Positions 29,813 through 43,677 of a DNA stretch of 64,000 bases are shown here, piece after piece (within the stretch, counting starts at the first letter, position 1; every line of letters starts with the position of its first letter). The translations under genes were made by a program, and so were the position numbers. The DNA comes from Eledone cirrhosa (lineage: Eukaryota): contig OZ024743.1 in assembly GCA_964016885.1 (NCBI GenBank), positions 267,406,001-267,470,000 on the forward strand. The letters run 5' to 3'. The notes under the pieces are model-generated. The model was not told the DNA's origin, ran no database searches, and saw nothing but the letters and a program-made list of their open reading frames with translations.

Positions 29813-30360
29813 TTTTCAGCCTGACTAAAGATTTAGGCAAAATATAGCACATATATATGATCCGGGTGAAAATAGTTCTAATCCCAAGAAGGCAGGCTTC
29901 AATATCAAACAATTAAAATTATATACTGCAACTATTACTGTATTTTAAGGATAGCAATATTTGAAACAAGATACTGCTGATATCTTCCAAGAATTGATTT
30001 TTTTTTTATTGTCTACTACTTACTTAGATTTATTTTTAGATGAGACGGAAGGTTACAGACACAAAGTAATGGAAATACTATTGTCACAGTATATATTCTG
30101 ACAAGAAAGTGTCAGACACGAAGTATTTTTCAGTTTGTCTTTATCTTTATCTTGTTTTTTTTTTGTTTTTTTTTATCATTAGTTTTGATTTGAATTACTA
30201 ATCGATGGAAGGCACCGGGTCGACATTTCCCAGATTGAAAAAAGAGTTAGTAAGAGACACTGACAGGTCTAACTATCCACACGTATATCTATTCATCCAT
30301 CATTCACTATTTATGAATTAATGTATATATGTATATATATATGCATCTATCTATCCAACG

Positions 30361-30431
<71 letters not shown>

Positions 30432-30439
30432 GTCTCTCT

Positions 30440-30482
<43 letters not shown>

Positions 30483-30500
30483 GGTGTGTGTGTATATATG

Positions 30501-30537
<37 letters not shown>

Positions 30538-30677
30538 ATATATGTGTATATATATATGTGTGTATATATATGTGTATATATATATATGTGTATATATATA
30601 TATACATATATATGTATATATATATATATGTGTCTATATATATATGTGTGTGTATATATATACATATGTGTGTGTAA

Positions 30678-30715
<38 letters not shown>

Positions 30716-30727
30716 ATATATATATAC

Positions 30728-30772
<45 letters not shown>

Positions 30773-30905
30773 GTATATATATATATATATGTGTGTTTAT
30801 ATATATACATATATATATACGTGTATATATATATATATGTGTATATATATATATATGTATATATATATATCTATATATATCTATATACATATATATATAT
30901 ATGTG

Positions 30906-30949
<44 letters not shown>

Positions 30950-30984
30950 TATATATATATGTGTGAGTGTATGTATACAAATAC

Positions 30985-31030
<46 letters not shown>

Positions 31031-31089
31031 CATTTCTTATTAGAAATGTAAGCTATCGCCGTATTTTGACTAAAGAAATTAAAGAAATT

Positions 31090-31203
31090 ATTTAGCCTGA
31101 TAGTGGGAGAAATGGAAAAAGATGAGTATTGACGTCCCATGTACGTCAATACTCATCTTTTTCCATTTCTCCAAGGGTTCTTAACCCCACAATCAGGCTA
31201 AAT
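31090..31203. repeat. Hairpin with 30-bp perfect inner stem and ~18-bp outer stem
   Basis: 31106-31135 pairs with 31143-31172 (7-nt loop); outer arms atttagcctgat.gtggg and cccac.atcaggctaaat. Confidence 0.85.
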
Positions 31204-31913
31204 TATGAGTATACATACTTATATAAGATATTACATTTTTGTAAAAGATTTTGAATTGATATCATTTAGAATCAAATTGATATCATTACATATCAAATCC
31301 AAAATACAGATAATGTGAAGTTGTAACACGTGTCATTTTTCGGTGTTTTCTTTTACACATTTTCGATAACTAGCAAAAGTGTGTATTCTTAAAGATATCG
31401 TGTGTAACATTAGATTCATCTTCATGTATTCTTAGAGTTGTTGTAGTGTAGGTCTGGAACAACAGCTGAACATAACTATATGCGATTGGGGATAGTCTAC
31501 AAAGTAGCTGAATCTGTTAGAAATAATTGTGAAATCTTTTTATATTTTCTCATTAATGTAATCCTGGATATTGTGATCAAAGCTGCAAAGATATCTGGCT
31601 GTACTTTCATTGATTTGAATCATTCCGGCCGTGTCCATACTATGTATTTTAGTGTATTTTTAGGATTATATAATTCAGTCGGTATACTTATTAACTAAGT
31701 GTTAATAATAATAACACACTGTACAGAAGGAACAAACATAAAAAAAACATCATTATATTTATTGATATGTGACGCGTGTTTAGCAATCGATCAGCTCAAA
31801 ATAAAATCATTATGGATCATGTCCGGCTCTGGAATCTATGGCTCATCAGACACATCCTGCTTTGGATATACTACAGAATTTCCAGTTCACATGCATATAG
31901 GATGTCATATATA

Positions 31914-31984
31914 CAGAATGTCTAAAAAAATGTACACACACACCAAAAGCATTCTCACAAATATGCGTAACATTTTTGCGCCAC

Positions 31985-31988
<4 letters not shown>
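31914..31988. mobile_element. ~75-bp Tc1/mariner-type MITE
   Basis: TA|cagaatgtctaaaaaaatgt...acatttttgcgccactctg|TA; related copy at 61918-61993. Confidence 0.6.
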
Positions 31989-32078
<90 letters not shown>

Positions 32079-32129
32079 GAGGTTATATTTAATTTGTTAG
32101 GATTCAACAAGCTTAAACCTTTTATAACT

Positions 32130-32625
32130 CATATAAAGTACTCAAGAGTTTAGTGGAGTAAATATTCAATATTTTAATAAATGGAAACTATATTTATAAA
32201 ACCATAATTATTTATTATATATATTTCAAGGGCAACCAAGGCAAATCATGGTGCCCTTTCATCAGATAAAATACAAATTTGTTTTATATCTCTTTTTCAC
32301 TACTTTCTTCCAACAGTTTAATTTAAATAAACCGTTGTTTTTTCAATTTTTCTGACACTCATTTGCATACTCACTCATAACTTTGAATCAACCTCAATAA
32401 TATATTATTTCCACTATCTAGCGAACCTCAATCGTTAAGGTTGTCTTTATGCGGGTATGTCAATATTTATTTATAAAAAAATTTGGATTTTATATGATGA
32501 AAGCGCACCATAATTTGCCTTGGTTGCCCTTGAAATATATATATAATAAAACATATATTTTGATTATGTGAATGTCTTCATTTATTAATATTTTGAATAA
32601 TATTAATAACTCCAGAAAACCTCAC
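32130..32625. mobile_element. Inverted pair of family-A PLE pLTR fragments
   Basis: 32140-32290 is the reverse complement of ~32470-32620; both are homologous to the 3' end of the PLE at ~26940-27175. Confidence 0.75.
32209..32273 (-). ncRNA. Type I hammerhead ribozyme (family A), core intact
   Basis: Reverse complement reads tattttat CTGATGA aagggcacc-atgatttgcctt-ggttgccctt GAA atatatat A ataaata; 9-bp stem II with one bulge. Confidence 0.8.
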
Positions 32626-32678
32626 TGTAGAATGCTTTTAATCTATTGAAAATATATATTCATTGAGTAATCAATGAA

Positions 32679-32722
<44 letters not shown>

Positions 32723-33002
32723 AAAAGTTTGGTAGAAATATCCAAGGACGAGTTTTGTATAAACAAATATATATATATACATATATAATTATTAGTAATG
32801 AGACATTTGTAAGGTCATTAAATCATTTAGCAAATCTATTGAAATTTTCTTAATTTGTTGGATAAGCTCAATGTAATTATGTGTAATCAGTAATTCAACA
32901 AATATATATGTTTATAACTGATTCAGAGCACTCGACAAGTTTTCTGGAGTATAATATTCAATGATATTAAATAAATGGAAACTATATTTATAAAACCATA
33001 TG

Positions 33003-33065
33003 TATTCTATTATATGTATTTCAAGGGTACCAAAACACTTTGGTACGCTCTCATCAGATAAAATA
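33003..33065 (-). ncRNA. Type I hammerhead ribozyme (family A), core intact
   Basis: Reverse complement reads tattttat CTGATGA gagcgtaccaaa-gtgt-tttggtaccctt GAA atacatat A atagaata. Stem II differs in sequence from the 32209 copy but still pairs. Confidence 0.8.
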
Positions 33066-33825
33066 CAGAGTTTGTTTCATAGAATTTGACATAACCAAGA
33101 AGAAATACCTTAACAGTTCAAGTTTTTCCTGGATAGTGAAGGAAAAGAGAAGAAAAGTCAGATATTTCAAATTATTAAGATGAGTATGCAAATGAGGTTG
33201 AAGTATAGTGCTCAAAAAAACGTTATTTTAATATTAAAATATGAATACAAACAACGTAAAGATAAACAGATACACATAATGTATATATATATATATTTAT
33301 ATATACATATATAAATATATATATACATATATATACATACACACATATACAAACACACACACATATATGTATATATATATATTTCCTTTCTCACATTTCG
33401 ATCAGGTTTGATGGTCTTTATTCTCTCTCGTCCACGATTTCACAGAATTATATTCATCTATTTCAGGGACTTGACTCCTTCTTCCTCACCTTTCGTTGCA
33501 TTACTATCTTTGATTGTTTACAGTCTCGCTCGTTTCCCTTATTTACGTGTCCCAACCACTTTCTTTAGCCGTTGCTCGCACCAACCGGAGGTATATGGTC
33601 TTTAAAGCGATGAAATACCAATGAAGGTTGGAATCACTGATGAACGACTAAATTTATTTATATAATATATATATATATTTATATATATATATATAAATTA
33701 ATAAAATAATGAATAAACAAAGAAAAAGTTCCTTATATTAAAATATTCATCATTTTACGATCGTTTCAAGGATATATATGTTAGTGTTGGTATGCTTATC
33801 CTATAGATCTATGTAAAATGTTTAC

Positions 33826-33937
33826 AAACTATCAGAGGGAGTATACATACCTAAAAATATATATGCTGTCTTCAGAAATAATTATTTCTGAAGACAGCAT
33901 ATATATGTGTAGGTATGTATACTCCCTCTGATAGTTT
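33826..33937. repeat. 112-bp near-perfect palindrome with no spacer
   Basis: aaactatcagagggagtatacatacct...cttcagaaataattatttctgaag...aggtatgtatactccctctgatagttt. Confidence 0.9.
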
Positions 33938-34098
33938 CACCCTATGTTGTCAACACGTTCCTTTATGGCTTTATTTATATTTTTATTTTTATTTTTTTAT
34001 ATACTTTTGGAATTGTTTTTATCTTATTTAATTCTGCCTCTGAACTATTTCCCATTGGTTTGTGTATGTAGATATATATATACATATCTATATAAACA

Positions 34099-34186
<88 letters not shown>

Positions 34187-34240
34187 CAGAAGGGATATTC
34201 AATTTGTTGGTAATTCAATAAATATAAATTTTTATAACTA

Positions 34241-34640
34241 ATTCAGAGCACTCGACAGTTTTCTGGAGTATAATATTCAATGATATTAAATAAATGGAAA
34301 CTATATTTATAAAACCATATTTATTCTATTATATTCAAGGGTTCCGAAACTTTGGTACGCTATCATCAGATAAAATATGAAGTGTGTTTTATAAATATTG
34401 ACATATCCAAGGAAAATATACCTTAACGGTTCAAGTTTTCCTTGGATAGTCCAAGGAATATTTTCCTTGGTTATGTCAAAATTTATAAAACTCTTCGTAT
34501 TTTATATGATGATAGCCTACGAAAGTTATGGTACCCTTGAAATATAGATAATAGAATACATATGGTTTTAGAAATATAGTTTCCATTTATTTAATATCAT
34601 TGAATATTAAACTTCAGAAAACCTGTCCAGTGCTCTGAAT
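34241..34640. mobile_element. Inverted family-A pLTR pair with two degenerate hammerheads (repeated in each array unit)
   Basis: attcagagcactcgac...tcatcagataaaata versus tattttatatgatgatagc...gtgctctgaat. Confidence 0.75.
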
Positions 34641-34659
34641 CACTAATTCAACAAATATA

Positions 34660-35840
34660 TCATAATCTATAAAGCTCAGTGTGTGGTCATGCTCCTTTCT
34701 TATAGAAATCTACGATATTGAATTTCTTCAATTGAAATTTACAATTCAGTATTCGAAATAGTTTCGATTGCGTCTTGGCACAGATAATTTTTTCAATTTC
34801 ACCCACAATTACGCAAAAAATAGATAAAACTCAATATTTTACGATTTTTCTCTGTCATTTAAACTGCTAAACTCTTTCAACTACCATTCAAAATCTATAC
34901 AACTTCATACTTTCTGCTACTTTCTCTTTCCAAGCTTGATGGTGATACTGTCCGTTTTACTCTGTCATATCATCTGCCTACCTCTATCTACAACTCACAC
35001 ATTTTGCTACTTTCTCTTTTATACTTCAAATTATTACATTTCATACGAAACGACAATTATTCAAAAGCAACAGATACATTTATTCAACAACAAGCGATAA
35101 ATCTTTTTTAAAACCTCTTTTCCAAACGCATACACACACACACTCACTTCAACAATCTGCCTTTTATAGATAATGATAAACAATAATATCCTCTATGAGG
35201 TCACTAAACCTGCTAGAAACAGCAGCTAACTCTCCCCCATATCACACCCCTCCCTACTGTTTTGAATTTAGAAAACACATATCTTCTATGAGGTTACTAA
35301 ACCTGCTCGAAACAGCAGCTAACTCTCCCCCATATCACACCCATCCCTACTGTCTTAAATTTAGAAAACATATCTTCTATGAGGTCACTAAACCTGCTAG
35401 AAACAGCAGCTAACTCTCCTCCATATCACACCACTCCCTAATGTCTTAATTTAGAAAACACATATCCTCTATGAAGTCACTAAACCTGCTAGAAACAACA
35501 GCTAACTCTCCCCCATATCACAACCCTCCCTACTGTCTTAAATTTAGAAAACACAGAGACAACCATGCAGAACAACTCCATCGCAGCTCTGTTGTTCGGC
35601 TGGCATCGTCTACTCGCGTGTTGCGCAAGTACTGTGAAACAATAAATTTCAACACTTTTTTGCACAGAGATAATATCCATAGGCGAAACTACAATTGTCA
35701 CTGCTGGCGCAGCCCCTGCTTCCAGGTCTGCAATTCGTTCACCCAGTGCCTGGCAGACAAAAAAGTGCTGCCATAAAATGGGTGTGCAACCTAACTTTGG
35801 TAGCTTAATGACCCCGAGCAACGCCGGGCTTTAATGCTAG
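34660..35840 (+). mobile_element. Non-autonomous Helitron, copy 1 (1181 bp)
   Basis: A|TC 5' end; 3' hairpin cccg-agcaacgc-cggg followed by CTAG|T; no TSD. An empty paralogous site caaatata|tatgtttataactg lies at 32906/32907. Confidence 0.9.
35186..35553 (+). repeat. 4 x 91-93 bp tandem repeat inside the Helitron
   Basis: atgaggtcactaaacctgctagaaacagcagctaactctcccccatatcacacc... starting at 35195, 35288, 35379 and 35471. Confidence 0.95.
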
Positions 35841-36544
35841 TATGTTTATAACTGATTCAGAGCACTCGACAAGTTTTTTGGTGTATATGATTCAATGATA
35901 TTAAATAAATGGAAACTATATTTATAAAACCATATGTATTCTATTATATATATTTCAAGGGTACAAAGTGTGTTTTATAAAATTTGACATAAACAAGAAG
36001 AAATACCGTAACAGTTCAAGTTTTCCTGGATAGTGAAGGAAAAGTGAAGAAAAGTAAGATATTTCAAATTCTTAAGATCAGTATGCAAATGAGGTTGAAG
36101 TATAGTGCTAAAAAAACGTTATTTTGATATTAAAATATGAATACAAACAACGTAAAGATAAACAGATACACATAATATATATATATACATATATAAACAT
36201 ATATATATATACATATATATACATACACACATATATGTATATATATATATATTTCCTTGCTCACGTTTCGATCAGGTTTGATGGTCTTTATTCTCTCTCG
36301 TCCACGATTTCACAGAACTCATATTCATCGATTTCAGGGACTTGACTCCTTCTTCCTCACTTTTCGTTGCATTACTATCTTTGATTGTTTACAGTCTCGC
36401 TCGTTTCCCTTATTTACGTGTCCCAACGACTTTCTTTAGCCGTTGTTCGCACCAACCGGAGGTATATGGTCTTTAAAGCGATGAAATACCAATGAAGGTT
36501 GGAAGATATATACATATATGTGGGTGTGTTTGTATATAAATATA

Positions 36545-36599
<55 letters not shown>

Positions 36600-37093
36600 T
36601 ATGAAGAGAGAAGAAACATTTAGATATAATTAGTAATAAAATGTATCATACCTAAACTGCTCCTAGATTCCTCGACTACGTAGTTTCGTGGCATAAACAA
36701 AAACAATACCTCATAAAGATATAGAGTCCTTGCGAGGTCTGCCGACTTATCAAGAGGATACCTCATTTTACTAGTCTCAAGAACGCCTCCACACGACGTG
36801 AGAAAGAATCCCAAAAGGCGGAGGGGGAGATAGTCACGCGATATAACGGTCGAGAAACAGAGCTAAGCCTCTTATAACCCCGAAGAAAATACCACGGAGG
36901 CGGAGGGGGTATTTATCTCGAAGCCGTAGAAGAGGTGGTGAAGGAGGCGAGAAGTATGAGTAATGGAAGCTTTCCAGCAGTCCCCACACCTCAAAGATTG
37001 CTCGACCAGAGGGAGTTATTAACAATGTATTTAGAAACACACAGATACATGCGGACACACACATATACACGTAAAAATAAACAAATACACACA

Positions 37094-37139
<46 letters not shown>

Positions 37140-37370
37140 TGTGTGTATTTGTTTATTTTTACGTTGTTTGTATTTATATTTTATTATCACCCAAACACAC
37201 AGACACACTCACCCTATGTTGTCAACACGTTCCTTTATGGCTTTATTTATATTTTTATTTTTATTTTTTTATATACTTTTGGAATTGTTTTTATCTTATT
37301 TAATTCTGCCTCTGAACTATTTCCCATTGGTTTGTGTATGTAGATATATATATACATATCTATATAAACA

Positions 37371-37432
<62 letters not shown>

Positions 37433-37905
37433 CAGAAGGGATATTCAATTTGTTGGTAATTCAATAAATATAAATTTTTATAACTAATTCAGAGCACTCG
37501 ACAGTTTTCTGGAGTATAATATTCAATGATATTAAATAAATGGAAACTATATTTATAAAACCATATTTATTCTATTATATTCAAGGGTTCCGAAACTTTG
37601 GTACGCTATCATCAGATAAAATATGAAGTGTGTTTTATAAATATTGACATATCCAAGGAAAATATACCTTAACGGTTCAAGTTTTCCTTGGATAGTCCAA
37701 GGAATATTTTCCTTGGTTATGTCAAAATTTATAAAACTCTTCGTATTTTATATGATGATAGCCTACGAAAGTTATGGTACCCTTGAAATATAGATAATAG
37801 AATACATATGGTTTTAGAAATATAGTTTCCATTTATTTAATATCATTGAATATTAAACTTCAGAAAACCTGTCCAGTGCTCTGAATCACTAATTCAACAA
37901 ATATA

Positions 37906-39086
37906 TCATAATCTATAAAGCTCAGTGTGTGGTCATGCTCCTTTCTTATAGAAATCTACGATATTGAATTTCTTCAATTGAAATTTACAATTCAGTATTC
38001 GAAATAGTTTCGATTGCGTCTTGGCACAGATAATTTTTTCAATTTCACCCACAATTACGCAAAAAATAGATAAAACTCAATATTTTACGATTTTTCTCTG
38101 TCATTTAAACTGCTAAACTCTTTCAACTACCATTCAAAATATATACAACTTCATACTTTCTGCTACTTTCTCTTTCCAAACTTGATGGTGATACTGTCCG
38201 TTTTACTCTGTCATATCATCTGCCTACCTCTATCTACAACTCACACATTTTGCTACTTTCTCTTTTATACTTCAAATTATTACATTTCATACGAAACGAC
38301 AATTATTCAAAAGCAACAGATACATTTATTCAACAACAAGCGATAAATCTTTTTTAAAACCTCTTTTCCAAACGCATACACACACACACTCACTTCAACA
38401 ATCTGCCTTTTATAGATAATGATAAACAATAATATCCTCTATGAGGTCACTAAACCTGCTAGAAACAGCAGCTAACTCTCCCCCATATCACACCCCTCCC
38501 TACTGTTTTGAATTTAGAAAACACATATCTTCTATGAGGTTACTAAACCTGCTCGAAACAGCAGCTAACTCTCCCCCATATCACACCCATCCCTACTGTC
38601 TTAAATTTAGAAAACATATCTTCTATGAGGTCACTAAACCTGCTAGAAACAGCAGCTAACTCTCCTCCATATCACACCACTCCCTAATGTCTTAATTTAG
38701 AAAACACATATCCTCTATGAAGTCACTAAACCTGCTAGAAACAACAGCTAACTCTCCCTCATATCACAACCCTCCCTACTGTCTTAAATTTAGAAAACAC
38801 AGAGACAACCATGCATAACAACTCCATCGCAGCTCTGTTGTTCGGCTGGCATCGTCTACTCGCGTGTTGCGCAAGTACTGTGAAACAATAAATTTCAACA
38901 CTTTTTTGCACAGAGATAATATCCATAGGCGAAACTACAATTGTCACTGCTGGCGCAGCCCCTGCTTCCAGGTCTGCAATTCGTTCACCCAGTGCCTGGC
39001 AGACAAAAAAGTGCTGCCATAAAATGGGTGTGCAACCTAACTTTGGTAACTTAATGACCCCGAGCAACGCCGGGCTTTAATGCTAG
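37906..39086 (+). mobile_element. Non-autonomous Helitron, copy 2
   Basis: Same termini and length as 34660-35840. Confidence 0.9.
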
Positions 39087-39790
39087 TATGTTTATAACTG
39101 ATTCAGAGCACTCGACAAGTTTTTTGATGTATATGATTCAATGATATTAAATAAATGGAAACTATATTTATAAAACCATATGTATTCTATTATATATATT
39201 TCAAGGGTACAAAGTGTGTTTTATAAAATTTGACATAAACAAGAAGAAATACCGTAACAGTTCAAGTTTTCCTGGATAGTGAAGGAAAAGTGAAGAAAAG
39301 TAAGATATTTCAAATTCTTAAGATCAGTATGCAAATGAGGTTGAAGTATAGTGCTAAAAAAACGTTATTTTGATATTAAAATATGAATACAAACAACGTA
39401 AAGATAAACAGATACACATAATATATATATATACATATATAAACATATATATATATACATATATATACATACACACATATATGTATATATATATATATTT
39501 CCTTGCTCACGTTTCGATCAGGTTTGATGGTCTTTATTCTCTCTCGTCCACGATTTCACAGAACTCATATTCATCGATTTCAGGGACTTGACTCCTTCTT
39601 CCTCACTTTTCGTTGCATTACTATCTTTGATTGTTTACAGTCTCGCTCGTTTCCCTTATTTACGTGTCCCAACGACTTTCTTTAGCCGTTGTTCGCACCA
39701 ACCGGAGGTATATGGTCTTTAAAGCGATGAAATACCAATGAAGGTTGGAAGATATATACATATATGTGGGTGTGTTTGTATATAAATATA

Positions 39791-39847
<57 letters not shown>

Positions 39848-40341
39848 TATGAAGAGAGAAGAAACATTTAGATATAATTAGTAATAAAATGTATCATACC
39901 TAAACTGCTCCTAGATTCCTCGACTACGTAGTTTCGTGGCATAAACAAAAACAATACCTCATAAAGATATAGAGTCCTTGCGAGGTCTGCCGACTTATCA
40001 AGAGGATACCTCATTTTACTAGTCTCAAGAACGCCTCCACACGACGTGAGAAAGAATCCCAAAAGGCGGAGGGGGAGATAGTCACGCGATATAACGGTCG
40101 AGAAACAGAGCTAAGCCTCTTATAACCCCGAAGAAAATACCACGGAGGCGGAGGGGGTATTTATCTCGAAGCCGTAGAAGAGGTGGTGAAGGAGGCGAGA
40201 AGTATGAGTAATGGAAGCTTTCCAGCAGTCCCCACACCTCAAAGATTGCTCGACCAGAGGGAGTTATTAACAATGTATTTAGAAACACACAGATACATGC
40301 GGACACACACATATACACGTAAAAATAAACAAATACACACA

Positions 40342-40405
<64 letters not shown>

Positions 40406-40636
40406 TGTGTGTATTTGTTTATTTTTACGTTGTTTGTATTTATATTTTATTATCACCCAAACACACAGACACACTCACCCTATGTTGTCAACACGTTCCT
40501 TTATGGCTTTATTTATATTTTTATTTTTATTTTTTTATATACTTTTGGAATTGTTTTTATCTTATTTAATTCTGCCTCTGAACTATTTCCCATTGGTTTG
40601 TGTATGTAGATATATATATACATATCTATATAAACA

Positions 40637-40726
<90 letters not shown>

Positions 40727-41199
40727 CAGAAGGGATATTCAATTTGTTGGTAATTCAATAAATATAAATTTTTATAACTAATTCAGAGCACTCGACAGTT
40801 TTCTGGAGTATAATATTCAATGATATTAAATAAATGGAAACTATATTTATAAAACCATATTTATTCTATTATATTCAAGGGTTCCGAAACTTTGGTACGC
40901 TATCATCAGATAAAATATGAAGTGTGTTTTATAAATATTGACATATCCAAGGAAAATATACCTTAACGGTTCAAGTTTTCCTTGGATAGTCCAAGGAATA
41001 TTTTCCTTGGTTATGTCAAAATTTATAAAACTCTTCGTATTTTATATGATGATAGCCTACGAAAGTTATGGTACCCTTGAAATATAGATAATAGAATACA
41101 TATGGTTTTAGAAATATAGTTTCCATTTATTTAATATCATTGAATATTAAACTTCAGAAAACCTGTCCAGTGCTCTGAATCACTAATTCAACAAATATA

Positions 41200-42380
41200 T
41201 CATAATCTATAAAGCTCAGTGTGTGGTCATGCTCCTTTCTTATAGAAATCTACGATATTGAATTTCTTCAATTGAAATTTACAATTCAGTATTCGAAATA
41301 GTTTCGATTGCGTCTTGGCACAGATAATTTTTTCAATTTCACCCACAATTACGCAAAAAATAGATAAAACTCAATATTTTACGATTTTTCTCTGTCATTT
41401 AAACTGCTAAACTCTTTCAACTACCATTCAAAATATATACAACTTCATACTTTCTGCTACTTTCTCTTTCCAAACTTGATGGTGATACTGTCCGTTTTAC
41501 TCTGTCATATCATCTGCCTACCTCTATCTACAACTCACACATTTTGCTACTTTCTCTTTTATACTTCAAATTATTACATTTCATACGAAACGACAATTAT
41601 TCAAAAGCAACAGATACATTTATTCAACAACAAGCGATAAATCTTTTTTAAAACCTCTTTTCCAAACGCATACACACACACACTCACTTCAACAATCTGC
41701 CTTTTATAGATAATGATAAACAATAATATCCTCTATGAGGTCACTAAACCTGCTAGAAACAGCAGCTAACTCTCCCCCATATCACACCCCTCCCTACTGT
41801 TTTGAATTTAGAAAACACATATCTTCTATGAGGTTACTAAACCTGCTCGAAACAGCAGCTAACTCTCCCCCATATCACACCCATCCCTACTGTCTTAAAT
41901 TTAGAAAACATATCTTCTATGAGGTCACTAAACCTGCTAGAAACAGCAGCTAACTCTCCTCCATATCACACCACTCCCTAATGTCTTAATTTAGAAAACA
42001 CATATCCTCTATGAAGTCACTAAACCTGCTAGAAACAACAGCTAACTCTCCCTCATATCACAACCCTCCCTACTGTCTTAAATTTAGAAAACACAGAGAC
42101 AACCATGCATAACAACTCCATCGCAGCTCTGTTGTTCGGCTGGCATCGTCTACTCGCGTGTTGCGCAAGTACTGTGAAACAATAAATTTCAACACTTTTT
42201 TGCACAGAGATAATATCCATAGGCGAAACTACAATTGTCACTGCTGGCGCAGCCCCTGCTTCCAGGTCTGCAATTCGTTCACCCAGTGCCTGGCAGACAA
42301 AAAAGTGCTGCCATAAAATGGGTGTGCAACCTAACTTTGGTAACTTAATGACCCCGAGCAACGCCGGGCTTTAATGCTAG
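41200..42380 (+). mobile_element. Non-autonomous Helitron, copy 3
   Basis: Same termini and length as 34660-35840. Confidence 0.9.
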
Positions 42381-43084
42381 TATGTTTATAACTGATTCAG
42401 AGCACTCGACAAGTTTTTTGATGTATATGATTCAATGATATTAAATAAATGGAAACTATATTTATAAAACCATATGTATTCTATTATATATATTTCAAGG
42501 GTACAAAGTGTGTTTTATAAAATTTGACATAAACAAGAAGAAATACCGTAACAGTTCAAGTTTTCCTGGATAGTGAAGGAAAAGTGAAGAAAAGTAAGAT
42601 ATTTCAAATTCTTAAGATCAGTATGCAAATGAGGTTGAAGTATAGTGCTAAAAAAACGTTATTTTGATATTAAAATATGAATACAAACAACGTAAAGATA
42701 AACAGATACACATAATATATATATATACATATATAAACATATATATATATACATATATATACATACACACATATATGTATATATATATATATTTCCTTGC
42801 TCACGTTTCGATCAGGTTTGATGGTCTTTATTCTCTCTCGTCCACGATTTCACAGAACTCATATTCATCGATTTCAGGGACTTGACTCCTTCTTCCTCAC
42901 TTTTCGTTGCATTACTATCTTTGATTGTTTACAGTCTCGCTCGTTTCCCTTATTTACGTGTCCCAACGACTTTCTTTAGCCGTTGTTCGCACCAACCGGA
43001 GGTATATGGTCTTTAAAGCGATGAAATACCAATGAAGGTTGGAAGATATATACATATATGTGGGTGTGTTTGTATATAAATATA

Positions 43085-43137
<53 letters not shown>

Positions 43138-43631
43138 TATGAAGAGAGAAGAAACATTTAGATATAATTAGTAATAAAATGTATCATACCTAAACTGCTC
43201 CTAGATTCCTCGACTACGTAGTTTCGTGGCATAAACAAAAACAATACCTCATAAAGATATAGAGTCCTTGCAAGGTCTGCCGACTTATCAAGAGGATACC
43301 TCATTTTACTAGTCTCAAGAACGCCTCCACACGACGTGAGAAAGAATCCCAAAAGGCGGATGGGGAGATAGTCACGCGATATAACGGTCGAGAAACAGAG
43401 CTAAGCCTCTTATAACCCCGAAGAAAATACCACGGAGGCGGAGGGGGTATTTATCTCGAAGCCGTAGAAGAGGTGGTGAAGGAGGCGAGAAGTATGAGTA
43501 ATGGAAGCTTTCCAGCAGTCCCCACACCTCAAAGATTGCTCGACCAGAGGGAGTTATTAACAATGTATTTAGAAACACACAGATACATGCGGACACACAC
43601 ATATACACGTAAAAATAAACAAATACACACA

Positions 43632-43677
<46 letters not shown>

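Noticed and set aside
33887-33960. ctgaaga followed by cagcata/tatgttg pairing as a possible hammerhead
   Set aside because: No GAAA box after the stem.
35186-35553. Regularly spaced repeats reminiscent of a CRISPR array
   Set aside because: The whole ~92-bp unit is repeated with no unique spacers, there are no cas genes, and the context is eukaryotic.
35489-35821. 110-aa minus-strand ORF repeated three times
   Set aside because: It lies inside the non-autonomous Helitron, has no recognisable domain, and its stop position differs between copies.
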